Part shown: piece after piece, positions 9,572-19,293 of the stretch
Layout: each line of letters begins with the position of its first letter
Position numbering within the stretch: position 1 is the stretch's first letter
Virus record (IMG/VR): IMGVR_UViG_3300011116_001227
DNA from: a virus
Lineage: Duplodnaviria > Caudoviricetes
Strand: one strand, 5' to 3'
DNA length: 64,000 nt
Translations under genes and position numbers: made by a program
The notes under the pieces: model-generated
What the model saw: only the letters and a program-made list of their open reading frames with translations
The model's database searches: none
Told to the model about the DNA's origin: nothing

Positions 9572-9663
9572 AGCTATAAATATCTAGCTTAGTAAGCTAT
9601 TTAAGCTATTAAATAAGCTAATAAAATTAAATATTTAATAGTTTTTATAAGCTAAATAAAGCT
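9572..9663. repeat. Cluster of TAAGCTA/AGCT repeats in an AT-rich divergent intergenic region
   Basis: TAAGCTA at 9593, 9602, 9614 and 9648, an inverted copy (TAGCTTA) at 9585, and seven AGCT in 92 bp. Confidence 0.75.
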
Positions 9664-9682
9664 TTAAGCAAAAGGATTAGCA

Positions 9683-11587
9683 GTGAACAGCTTTAAAGAT
9701 ACAATATTTGTAAATCCAAATTCTTTGATCGACCCTTCATCAGAAGTAATATTCGTTGCTGATCTTTTTGTTGAAGATTATGTGGGAGGAGCAGAGTTAA
9801 CATCTGAAGCCTTGATTGAAGAATCACCTTATAAAATTCAAAAGCTTCATTCTTCAAAAGTCAATCTGGCGACTCTGGATCAAGGAAAAGAAAAATTTTG
9901 GATATTTGGAAATTTTAGTCAATTAAATCCAGAATTACTTCCCAGTATTGTAGCTAATCTAAGATATTCCGTGCTTGAATACGACTACAAATACTGTAAG
10001 TTTAGATCCCCAGAAAAACATCAAGCTGCAACCGGAACATCTTGCGATTGTCACGAAAATATTACAGGAAAGATTGTTTCAGCTTTTTATTACGGCTCAA
10101 AGTGCATGTGGTGGATGTCAGAGGCACAAAAGCAAAGATATCTTAGCAAATTTCCTTTCTTAGCTGAAAAAGACAACATTGTTTTATCCAGCGTCTTTTC
10201 AAAAGAAACTCTGGGATACATTACTCACTTAAAACAAAAATCTTCTTCTATTGATAGAAAAGGATGGATAGTTTTAGGCTCTGATTCTTGGGTAAAAGGT
10301 GCTAACGAAGCAAAGAATTGGTGTGAAGAAAATAAAAAACAATACGAAGTCTTGTGGAATCTTTCGTATGAAAAGTTACTAGAAAAATTATCAACATCCG
10401 AAGGATTTGTCTATCTTCCTTCAGGAGCTGATACTTGTCCTAGAATGGTAATAGAAGCTAAGCTTCTTGGATGTAAGCTTCATCTCAACGATAATGTCCA
10501 GCACAAAAACGAAGAATGGTTTGCAACTGATGACATTCAGTCTATTTCGGATTATCTTTATTCATCTCCAGAAGTATTTTGGAAAGCGATTAAGAAAATC
10601 AATGATAAAAAATTGACCATTAGCGGATACACAACCACATACAACTGTCTTAAACAAGGATATCCTTTTGTAGAGTCTATCAAATCAATGTTACAGTTTT
10701 GTAATGAAGTCTGCATAGTAGATGGAGGATCTACAGACGGGACGCTTGATGTTATTTCTAAATTACAAAGAGAAGACGATAGAATAAAATTTAAAGTTGT
10801 AGAAAGAGATTGGAATAATCCTAGATTTGCTGTTTTTGATGGTCAACAAAAGGCAGAGTCTAGGTCAATGTGCACCGGTGATTTCTGTTGGCAGATGGAC
10901 TCTGATGAAGTTGTCCATGAAGACGATGCTCAAAAAATTATTGACCTTTGCAAAAAGATTCCAAACAATATCGATATCGTAGCACTTCCCGTAATTGAAT
11001 ATTGGGGTGGACCTGAAAAAGTTAGATGTGATATTATGCCGTGGAAGTGGAGATTAAGCAAAAATGCTGCTTATATCACACATGGAATTCCCGTTGAATT
11101 ACGAGGAAAAGATGATAATGGAAACATGTTTGCAGTTGGCGGAACAGATGGCTGCGACATGATTCATAAAGAATCAGGCCAAAGAATTCCTCATGTAACT
11201 TTTCACACACCTGAATCAGAATCTGCAAGACAAGCTGCAGTTCAAGGAAACAAAGAAGCATTAAACACTTATCAAAATTGGTTTAATGAAGTCGTCAAAT
11301 CTTTGCCAGGAGTTCATCATTATTCTTGGTACGATATTCCTAGAAAAATGAGACTCTACAGAGACTACTGGACAAAGCACTGGAATTCTCTTTATAACAA
11401 ATCTCTTGAAGATACTGCTGAAACGAACATGATGTTTGACATGCCTTGGTCTGAAGTCACTGAAGATATGATAGAAGCTAAGGCTAAAGAATTAAAAGAA
11501 AAAACAGGCGGATGGATTTGGCACAGCAAGTGGCAGGGACAGTCTATTCCGTTTATTAAAGTCAATGTATCGGAACCTAAAAAATGA
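9683..11587 (+). CDS. Two-domain glycosyltransferase (GT-B-like N-terminal half + GT2 C-terminal half)
   Basis: FVYLPSGADTCPRMVIEAKLLGC (GT-B/GT4-like) followed by ISGYTTTYNC...VCIVDGGSTDGT...WQMDSDE (GT2 with DxD). Confidence 0.85.
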   Translation: MNSFKDTIFVNPNSLIDPSSEVIFVADLFVEDYVGGAELTSEALIEESPYKIQKLHSSKVNLATLDQGKEKFWIFGNFSQLNPELLPSIVANLRYSVLEYDYKYCKFRSPEKHQAATGTSCDCHENITGKIVSAFYYGSKCMWWMSEAQKQRYLSKFPFLAEKDNIVLSSVFSKETLGYITHLKQKSSSIDRKGWIVLGSDSWVKGANEAKNWCEENKKQYEVLWNLSYEKLLEKLSTSEGFVYLPSGADTCPRMVIEAKLLGCKLHLNDNVQHKNEEWFATDDIQSISDYLYSSPEVFWKAIKKINDKKLTISGYTTTYNCLKQGYPFVESIKSMLQFCNEVCIVDGGSTDGTLDVISKLQREDDRIKFKVVERDWNNPRFAVFDGQQKAESRSMCTGDFCWQMDSDEVVHEDDAQKIIDLCKKIPNNIDIVALPVIEYWGGPEKVRCDIMPWKWRLSKNAAYITHGIPVELRGKDDNGNMFAVGGTDGCDMIHKESGQRIPHVTFHTPESESARQAAVQGNKEALNTYQNWFNEVVKSLPGVHHYSWYDIPRKMRLYRDYWTKHWNSLYNKSLEDTAETNMMFDMPWSEVTEDMIEAKAKELKEKTGGWIWHSKWQGQSIPFIKVNVSEPKK

Positions 11588-11946
11588 AAGAAAATAAGCT
11601 ACATCAATCTATTTCTAAGCTCATCACAGAGAGATTAGCAAGAAGAGCGGGAGAGAAATTAGATTCTTCAACTTGCAGCTCAATTTATCAAGATATATTT
11701 TTTACATTGGCTGAAGTTTTTAAAGAAGCACAAACTCCACTATGTAATGAGTCTGTAAATCTTTTGTCGCAGATGTACTATGATTCTATTAAAATAAATA
11801 ACACAATAGAACTAGACCCAAATATCTTTACTCAAAGAGCCAGTCTTAAAAATATCGAAATAAAAGAAATTGCACTTTTAGCAACAATGATGAATGGAAC
11901 AGCATTTGCTACTATCTTCATAGAAGAAGTGAGGAAAAGATCTTGA
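11584..11946 (+). CDS. Hypothetical protein
   Basis: 120-aa ORF overlapping both neighbours by 4 nt. Confidence 0.7.
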   Translation: MKENKLHQSISKLITERLARRAGEKLDSSTCSSIYQDIFFTLAEVFKEAQTPLCNESVNLLSQMYYDSIKINNTIELDPNIFTQRASLKNIEIKEIALLATMMNGTAFATIFIEEVRKRS

Positions 11947-12668
11947 ATCATAATGTAACAACTTACATCTGCGGCTTAAAGCTAGACGGTTTTATAAAAC
12001 CAGTTCATATTGGCCCAAAGCTTGTTTTCATTGATTGTGGAGCAAGACAAGGTGAAAATTTTATGTGGGATGGAGTCACACCAGACTCAGGTATTATGTC
12101 TAGAAATTTACAGGTGTGTCTATCTAGACCCGGTATTCCTATCGTCGCAAGTTCTCTTAGAGGAGCAGAAATACACATGTTTGAGCCGAATTCCATGTGG
12201 AAAAAAGAGCGACACGAAATAGCAAAAGAAGTCTCAAAATCAGCTCTAGCAGTTTATGTTCATGACTGCGCAGTTTGGACAAAGAACGAAAAAAAGAATT
12301 TCTTTGTAGGAATAGATGAGTTTGGTGATTTAGGAAGTTCTCTTTGTGAAGATAAAAATGAAAAGCTCGATAGAGAAAATCCCTGTGAGGTAGATTGTAT
12401 TGATCTTGCAGATTTCATTATTAAAAACTTTAAAGTAAGTGATAATGTCATTCTAAAGATTGATGTTGAGGGAGCTGAGTACGACATACTTCCTTGTATG
12501 ATTAATATTCAAGAGTGTATGGAGAGAATTGATTCTTTATTTGTTGAATGGCATCCTAACTTTTTTCCTGAAAAACATAGTCAGTTATTTCCTCAACTCT
12601 TCCAAATTTTTTCTCATTTATCGGTCCAGAATGGATTACATTACGCACCATGGCATCCTGCTTGGTGA
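11943..12668 (+). CDS. FkbM-family methyltransferase
   Basis: FIDCGARQGE, HMFEPN, ILKIDVEGAEYDIL, LFVEWH. Confidence 0.85.
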   Translation: MNHNVTTYICGLKLDGFIKPVHIGPKLVFIDCGARQGENFMWDGVTPDSGIMSRNLQVCLSRPGIPIVASSLRGAEIHMFEPNSMWKKERHEIAKEVSKSALAVYVHDCAVWTKNEKKNFFVGIDEFGDLGSSLCEDKNEKLDRENPCEVDCIDLADFIIKNFKVSDNVILKIDVEGAEYDILPCMINIQECMERIDSLFVEWHPNFFPEKHSQLFPQLFQIFSHLSVQNGLHYAPWHPAW

Positions 12669-12672
12669 ATAA

Positions 12673-13536
12673 ATGAAGCTTGTTACAAATAATTATGGTT
12701 GTGGAACTTCGTCTTCTATTTTAGACTATGGCATCAAAGACGTAGTAATTGTTTCAGAAGAAAATTACGATCATATTTTCGATGTCGAAGATGATCTTTT
12801 CTTTATTGGACACGATTTTCTTTTTTATTTGTGGGACAATGAAGAAAAATTAAAAAGATGGATAGATCGATCTCAGAAATACGAACACTGGATTTGGTGT
12901 TTTGAGAGAATTGATGCTATTGTACCGATATGGCAACAAAAAAGTCATGCTTCGCTTTCTATAGCATCAAAATTTTGCAAGAGAATTTTTGCATGCGATG
13001 AAGATGACTGTGACAAATATAATTTTGAATGGTTGCCTCAATGGGCATCTCGAAATTTTTATGACTTAAGAAATTCTCAACAGCCAGCTACTGATAAAAT
13101 TTTATTTAGCGGTCAAGCTGGAATACCAGAATACCACATGAGAAATATTTTGCTTTCCAATATTTTGAACAGTGAAGAATTAAAAGATAAGATTTCTATT
13201 ACAAATACAAAAAGAAGTCTTACATGGGAAGAGTACATACAAAATTTCTTATTTCATAAGACAATATTGAATCCTGTCGGTATATTAAAAGGACTCAATA
13301 CGAGAGCATATGAAGCACTATATGCTGGAAGATTTTTACTTCAACATGCAGCAGGAATTTATAAACGTCATGAGAGCTTGCTTCAAGATAATCCTGGCGT
13401 GATATTTTTTAGAGATCATTCTGACTTAAAGAAAGCAATTCTAGAATCAGAGATAAGATCTACAAATACTGAAAAATCTTTTAGTGAACATTCTCTTTAC
13501 GCAAGAATGAAAATGATTGGAATTGATATCAAATGA
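12673..13536 (+). CDS. Putative glycosyltransferase (CgeB/Glyco_trans_1_2-like C-terminus)
   Basis: KTILNP...LNTRAYEALYAGRFLL resembles the NxRxFE motif; cluster context. Confidence 0.6.
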   Translation: MKLVTNNYGCGTSSSILDYGIKDVVIVSEENYDHIFDVEDDLFFIGHDFLFYLWDNEEKLKRWIDRSQKYEHWIWCFERIDAIVPIWQQKSHASLSIASKFCKRIFACDEDDCDKYNFEWLPQWASRNFYDLRNSQQPATDKILFSGQAGIPEYHMRNILLSNILNSEELKDKISITNTKRSLTWEEYIQNFLFHKTILNPVGILKGLNTRAYEALYAGRFLLQHAAGIYKRHESLLQDNPGVIFFRDHSDLKKAILESEIRSTNTEKSFSEHSLYARMKMIGIDIK

Positions 13537-14459
13537 TTTCTGAATTAGAAAAAAATTCAATTCGATTAAATTGGAAAGAAATATCTAGAAAATTACCTCT
13601 TATTTGTGGTTTAAAAACACTCAATGCAGAATTAACAATTTATTCTGTATTAAGACAAGCTTACCATCAGTTTGATTGCATTGTTATTACTGATGATGGA
13701 TCAACAGACGGAACAAAAGAAGAAATTGTTAGATGTGTCAAAGATTTTGAGATTAAAAATCTAATCTTTGTAGATGTTAGCACAATAAATCCTTGGGAAG
13801 ATAATCAGATAGAGAAACGACCTGGCGATCATCATGTTCCTCGCCCAGATGGAAAGACACATGCAAAAGCTCAGTGGAAGTCTTATGAATTTATAAAAAA
13901 GAATTTTCAAAATTCTATCTTTGTCTCTCTTGAAGACGATGTAATCTTAGAAGATAATATAAGATGGAGAATTTTTGATAGAATTTCTAAATGGAATGAT
14001 CCTTTTACAGATTGTGAATTTTTTAACGTAACTTCTGCTATTAACGAAGATTATGTTCTTCTTGGTTGTCTAAAAGACGGATCAAAACTTCCGGGTATAG
14101 TCCAAAGAAATCTTTACAATAATGGTGGTGATTGGACATTTGCAGCAATTTGGACGGGAGGAGATCTTTCTATTGGTCCTGATCCTCTTTATCCTTTTGG
14201 AGCGTGTATCTATCCTTGGATGGAAAAAAATCAGACAGGTAAAAAAGGGCAAGATGGAGAAAAATCTTTCGGTTTTCACATGATCAATTATAGAACTTCT
14301 AAGATTGGTCTAGAATATGAAACAAACACTCCAGGCGTTTGCAAGATTTCAGATTTGCCTGTCAATAATGAAGCTGATTGGAATTTATTAAAAAGAATAG
14401 GACCAAATAAAATCGATCTTGTGAAGAAAGATGACAACCTAATTCAGGTGTCAAAATGA
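13533..14459 (+). CDS. GT2-family glycosyltransferase
   Basis: IVITDDGSTDGT and VSLEDD motifs. Confidence 0.75.
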   Translation: MISELEKNSIRLNWKEISRKLPLICGLKTLNAELTIYSVLRQAYHQFDCIVITDDGSTDGTKEEIVRCVKDFEIKNLIFVDVSTINPWEDNQIEKRPGDHHVPRPDGKTHAKAQWKSYEFIKKNFQNSIFVSLEDDVILEDNIRWRIFDRISKWNDPFTDCEFFNVTSAINEDYVLLGCLKDGSKLPGIVQRNLYNNGGDWTFAAIWTGGDLSIGPDPLYPFGACIYPWMEKNQTGKKGQDGEKSFGFHMINYRTSKIGLEYETNTPGVCKISDLPVNNEADWNLLKRIGPNKIDLVKKDDNLIQVSK

Positions 14460-15283
14460 TACCAGTTGCTTCTGTTGCGACTCAAAAGAGCTTAAATGAA
14501 TTTCTTTTATTAAAGCTTTCTCTTGAACAATATCATGAAGTATCGTGGTATGTTTCCACTGATGAATTTGCTTACAATGTTTTAAAAGATTATAAGAATG
14601 TAACTTGTCTTAATCTTATCAAAACAGATGAATGCAGTCATGGAACAAATGACCCTATAAAAAATAGACTTTTTCTTGAGCTTGTCATGACTAAGTTTAG
14701 TGCTATGAAACTTGCAATTGAATCTCATGGCTATGGGTTATTCATAGACGCAGACATCTTCTTTACATCTCAAATAGAAGACAGAGTTATTGAGTTGATG
14801 AAGAATAAGAACATCGATGCAATTCTAAGTCCTCACATGACTAACAATCTAGGACTTGAAGCGCAAGTAGGGCACTTTAATGTTGGTTTCTTTTCTATGA
14901 GAAATAAAGACTACTTGTCTCTACACGAATCCTTGTCGTGGCAACATAAAGAATTTGGTATGTATTATGAACAGCAGCCTCTACAATTTAGCTCATATCA
15001 ATTTTTAACTGTAAATTTACCAATTTATTACAACATTGGTTGGTGGAGATTTAATGAAAAGCAGACTCAACAGAGACTTCAATTATTAACCACTGACGGG
15101 AAGGACATCTATTTTAGTGGATCTAAAGCTGTGTGTTTTCACGTGCATGCACTAAAGAAGTTAGACTACACCAATTATGGTAAATTCTTGCTAGACAAAG
15201 TTTCTTCGCTTATGAAGGAATGTGACAATAAAAACTATAAAAATATTCTAAAGTTTATAGAGGAAAATCGTGAAGACAACTGA
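14456..15283 (+). CDS. GT-A fold nucleotide-diphospho-sugar transferase
   Basis: FIDADIFF (DxD), ILSPH, FNVGFF, YNIGWW. Confidence 0.75.
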   Translation: MIPVASVATQKSLNEFLLLKLSLEQYHEVSWYVSTDEFAYNVLKDYKNVTCLNLIKTDECSHGTNDPIKNRLFLELVMTKFSAMKLAIESHGYGLFIDADIFFTSQIEDRVIELMKNKNIDAILSPHMTNNLGLEAQVGHFNVGFFSMRNKDYLSLHESLSWQHKEFGMYYEQQPLQFSSYQFLTVNLPIYYNIGWWRFNEKQTQQRLQLLTTDGKDIYFSGSKAVCFHVHALKKLDYTNYGKFLLDKVSSLMKECDNKNYKNILKFIEENREDN

Positions 15284-16145
15284 ACTGGCAAGAGAATTTT
15301 TGATAGAAAGAGTTGACCCTTGCTATCCTCCTCATCACACGGGAGATCATCTAGAAGAAGCATTTGTCAAGTTTTGGCAGGATGAAGGAAACAATGCGAG
15401 AAAGCTCATACCTGTGCATTGGACTGCTGTCTACAATCATAAAGTAAAGGAGGGTTTAGGACCGGGTACTCCTAATTGGTCATTAAGAAATGATCTTAAA
15501 AGATACCTTAATTCCCTTGACAAAAATGACAAGTATTTTGTAGTAACAACTCACGATGATGCACCAGCTGAAGATCTACCTCCAAACACAGTAGTTTTTG
15601 CAGCGGGAGGTAATGCTAAAAAAATTGACGTAGCGATTCCTCTTACTTGTGGTCCTCACAACATTACTGAAGATCCTCTAAGAACAATACCTTGTTCATT
15701 TGTTGGATCCATGACTCATCCTATACGACATACATTGTTGTCAAGAGTGCACAATAAACCTGGCATGCTAGTACAGGCTTTTGAGTGGCAAGAAAAAGTT
15801 TCAGATCAAAAAGCAGATCTTTTTAAGCAGATAACTCAAAGATCAATTTTTAGTCTATGTCCTAGAGGATATGGAGCATCAAGTTATAGACTCTATGAAG
15901 CAATACAACTTGGATCTATTCCTGTCTACGTTTCTGATAAGCATCTTCTTCCTTGGAATGATGAAATCAAGTGGCAAGACTTCTGTGTAATAGTCCACCC
16001 AGCAGATATTGACAATATTGCTGATTTAACACTTGGTCTATCTAACAGCAGAGTAAAAGAGATGCAAAAAAAATTAGAGAACATTTGGATAAATCATTTT
16101 AGTATTGAAGCAACCTGTAAGCATATTCTTAAGAGGACTAAGTGA
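15270..16145 (+). CDS. Exostosin-like (GT47) glycosyltransferase
   Basis: CSFVGS and SIFSLCPRGYGASSYRLYEAIQLGSIPVYVSD...LPW, the exostosin C-terminal signature. Confidence 0.85.
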   Translation: MKTTELAREFLIERVDPCYPPHHTGDHLEEAFVKFWQDEGNNARKLIPVHWTAVYNHKVKEGLGPGTPNWSLRNDLKRYLNSLDKNDKYFVVTTHDDAPAEDLPPNTVVFAAGGNAKKIDVAIPLTCGPHNITEDPLRTIPCSFVGSMTHPIRHTLLSRVHNKPGMLVQAFEWQEKVSDQKADLFKQITQRSIFSLCPRGYGASSYRLYEAIQLGSIPVYVSDKHLLPWNDEIKWQDFCVIVHPADIDNIADLTLGLSNSRVKEMQKKLENIWINHFSIEATCKHILKRTK

Positions 16146-17593
16146 CAAAAATTCTTTTTGTTATTGCTGATTATCCAGATAAGCGTCAAGACTTTTTTCT
16201 CAAATGGATGTCACCAAGAAATAAAGAATATGCATCTAAGCATGGTTTTGAATATAGGGAATTATTAAAGCTTCCAAGAGATGAAAATGGAAATTTCTTT
16301 AGAAATAATCCTACCTGGTTAAAATTTAAGATCATCAAAGATTGGATTGACTCAGGTGATTTAAAACACGGAGATATCGTTTCTCATATTGATGCAGACA
16401 TATGCATTTTTAATACTGATAAATCATTTCAAACTAGCAAGTCGTTTGGTTATGCAATAGACTCATGTAATACTCATTGTATGGGTGCATATACACTGAC
16501 CATAAATGATTGGTCGATTGACATGTTAAACACTATGCTTTCAGATGACTTATTTGAAAAATGTAAAGAAGAAGATCATTGGAAAGCTTTTAGAGAGCAA
16601 GCTGCTTGGTACACGATGGCAGGAATTTTACCACATAGCTGGCAACCATTTAATACAATGCCACACAATGGATTTCATAGCAAAGTAACTAATAATTTAA
16701 AGTACTCAATTGATGAGCTTGAAAAACATGTTGAAGTTTTTTCTACTGAATGGAATGTTACTCATGTAGCCGGTGAGGGTTTTAATGATTACTTTATGAT
16801 TCCTACTCACAGAAAAGATACAATCTTTAGACACTTCGCAGGAGGTGGACTTTGGGATGAAGCATATTTCACAAATACTTCTTCAGAAGCTACTCTAGAA
16901 CCTTCTCACCTAAGATGTGCTAAACAGTTTAAAAATAACAAAAAAGTTAATGTGAATCTTTGTAATTCAAATTTTATTAATACTTTAATCAATTCTTTAG
17001 GTCTAAGATCTTATCTAGAACTTGGTCTTGGAAATTTTGAAACATTTTCTAATGTAAATTGTGAAAAAAAGTTAGGCGTAGACATAGACAATGAAAAGTC
17101 TAAATTTTTATTAAATGAAAATGAAAAAGTTGTAATTGACTCTACGACTAATTTTTTAAAAAATACCAAAGAAAAGTTTGATATTATTTTTATAGATGCA
17201 GATCATCATAGAAATTCTGTCTTAGATGATGCAATTAATGCACTGGATATTTTAAGTCCAAAAGGAATTATTTGCTTTCACGATATCGGCCCTACTGAAG
17301 TCAACCAAACTTTAGAGACAGCTTGTGGATCTGCATACAAAGCATGGATTAATATAAGAAATGGTAATTTAGGTAACAATCTTTATCTTTGTTCTTATGA
17401 GCAAGATGATCCTACTCAAGATTCTTATACATCAATTATTGGAGTTCTCTGTAGAACAAGTTTTGATAAGACTAATTTTCTAGAAAAGAAAGTCGAAGAG
17501 AATTGGGAGTCTTATGAAAAAAATAGATCAGAGATTCTTAATGTTTTAAATGTTGAAGAGATGATAAAAATTCTTGATTTAAAAAGAGAATAA
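16142..17593 (+). CDS. Fusion of a GT-A (GT34/galactosyltransferase-like) domain and a class I SAM methyltransferase
   Basis: N-half PTWLK...HIDADIC...EQAAW; C-half SYLELG...FDIIFIDADH...GIICFHD (Methyltransf_24-like). Confidence 0.8.
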   Translation: MTKILFVIADYPDKRQDFFLKWMSPRNKEYASKHGFEYRELLKLPRDENGNFFRNNPTWLKFKIIKDWIDSGDLKHGDIVSHIDADICIFNTDKSFQTSKSFGYAIDSCNTHCMGAYTLTINDWSIDMLNTMLSDDLFEKCKEEDHWKAFREQAAWYTMAGILPHSWQPFNTMPHNGFHSKVTNNLKYSIDELEKHVEVFSTEWNVTHVAGEGFNDYFMIPTHRKDTIFRHFAGGGLWDEAYFTNTSSEATLEPSHLRCAKQFKNNKKVNVNLCNSNFINTLINSLGLRSYLELGLGNFETFSNVNCEKKLGVDIDNEKSKFLLNENEKVVIDSTTNFLKNTKEKFDIIFIDADHHRNSVLDDAINALDILSPKGIICFHDIGPTEVNQTLETACGSAYKAWINIRNGNLGNNLYLCSYEQDDPTQDSYTSIIGVLCRTSFDKTNFLEKKVEENWESYEKNRSEILNVLNVEEMIKILDLKRE

Positions 17594-18493
17594 ATGAAAA
17601 TTCTTTATATCACAACTTCTAATCCTAGAGCTCAAGGAGATTTTCAAGAGAATATAATTCTTCATGGTTTAAGAAGTATACTTGGATCTGATGTAGTAGA
17701 TCTTCCAAGAAAAAAAGTAATGTATGGAGATTTTTCTGAAACTACAAGAGACGAGCTTCACGGTAGAGGATTTACCCTTTACACAAAACCCTTGTTAGAC
17801 CTTGATGCATCTCAAAGACAATTATCTAGTGTAGATGTAATTCTTTACGGTGTGACCAATGCTTATGGAATAACTGACTATCCTGAAGTAAATCAAATTT
17901 GTAAAAACATTTGGTATATAGACGGTCATGATACTCCTGACATTAAAAAGACGCCTTGTTTTAAAAGAGAACTTTTTAGTGATCAAGAAAATGTGTATGC
18001 AACAGGATTTGGAATACCCCACTATCAAATTAGACCAATAACTCTTGATAAAGATCAAAAAGTTCAAAAGACTGCTCCTGCTGAGGCTTTTTTTAAGCCT
18101 GAAGTCATGCAGCATTTAAGACATCATTATCCTTATACTTGGAGACAAGAAAAGGATTATTACGAAGACATGCAAAGATCTTGGTTTGGTCTGACATGTA
18201 AAAAGGGTGGGTGGGATTCTCTTAGACATTATGAGATCATGGCAGCAGGATCTCTTTTGCTTTTTAGAGAATACGAAAAGAAACCTGTTCTTTGTGCTCC
18301 ACAAGAACTTCCATGTTACAGTTATTCTTCTTTAGAAGAGCTGGATGATATTATGAATAGACTGGTTATTAATAATAGACCTACAAAATCTTATATTGAT
18401 ATGCTTTACGCACAAAGAGAATGGCTGTTAAAGTATGGTACTACTGAAGCTAGAGCGCTGCAGATAGTTAAGAAATTAATAGAAAAGATATGA
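17594..18493 (+). CDS. Putative glycosyltransferase
   Basis: GGWDSLRHYEIMAAGSLLLF, a GT-B-like C-terminal motif; cluster context. Confidence 0.65.
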   Translation: MKILYITTSNPRAQGDFQENIILHGLRSILGSDVVDLPRKKVMYGDFSETTRDELHGRGFTLYTKPLLDLDASQRQLSSVDVILYGVTNAYGITDYPEVNQICKNIWYIDGHDTPDIKKTPCFKRELFSDQENVYATGFGIPHYQIRPITLDKDQKVQKTAPAEAFFKPEVMQHLRHHYPYTWRQEKDYYEDMQRSWFGLTCKKGGWDSLRHYEIMAAGSLLLFREYEKKPVLCAPQELPCYSYSSLEELDDIMNRLVINNRPTKSYIDMLYAQREWLLKYGTTEARALQIVKKLIEKI

Positions 18494-19293
18494 AAACAAA
18501 AGAATTAACAATTTGCTTTCATGCATCAGATACCGATGTGTTGAATAAACAGCTAGATGTTCTTCAAAAAGATTTTTATTTTTTCGATAAAGTAAATCTT
18601 AGAAAAAGATCAGAAATACATCCAGATGCATATGAGTCTTACTCTAAGATGGTTAACACTGCAATATCTGATTCAAAAACAGACGTAATAATTCTTGTTA
18701 ATGATAAAGTTTTGCCAAATCAAGGTGAATTAAAAAAAATTGTTCAACTTCTTGACGCAGGATTTGGTTATGTAGGAATGTATAGCATTGGATTTTGTGG
18801 TTTGACTAAAAGCCTTATTAAAAAGATAGGTTGGCTTGACGAAAGATTTCTTGGCGGTGGTTACGAAGACGATGATTTCTTTTTGCGTCTTAAGTTAAAC
18901 AATATTGCAATTTATGACTCACATGAATCAAACTACAACTACATGTCAAAACCTTCAAAATTGTCTGTATCTGTTCCTCTATCTAAATCAGAACCACACT
19001 TTATTTCTAAGTGGAAATTTAATGATCACACAATTGAAAAATTGTTAAAAGAAGAAAATTATGAAGACTATTCTTTATTAGAAGCAAAAGAAAAAGAATG
19101 GCTTGATTGGAATTGCAGTGTTCTTGGTTATTATTATGGTGTAGGCCCTAAGATAGGAATTCCTGAGAATGTGCACGTAAGTAATTTTCAAGGAATGTCT
19201 AGAACTTTTAGATTTTCTGTAGTTCCTTATGGCGGACAAATTTTTGGTAAAAATAAGTCTATAATTGACGTGAAAGAAATTGAAGAATCATGA
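18490..19293 (+). CDS. GT2-like glycosyltransferase
   Basis: IILVND and IGWLDERFLGGGYEDDDFFLRL. Confidence 0.75.
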   Translation: MKTKELTICFHASDTDVLNKQLDVLQKDFYFFDKVNLRKRSEIHPDAYESYSKMVNTAISDSKTDVIILVNDKVLPNQGELKKIVQLLDAGFGYVGMYSIGFCGLTKSLIKKIGWLDERFLGGGYEDDDFFLRLKLNNIAIYDSHESNYNYMSKPSKLSVSVPLSKSEPHFISKWKFNDHTIEKLLKEENYEDYSLLEAKEKEWLDWNCSVLGYYYGVGPKIGIPENVHVSNFQGMSRTFRFSVVPYGGQIFGKNKSIIDVKEIEES

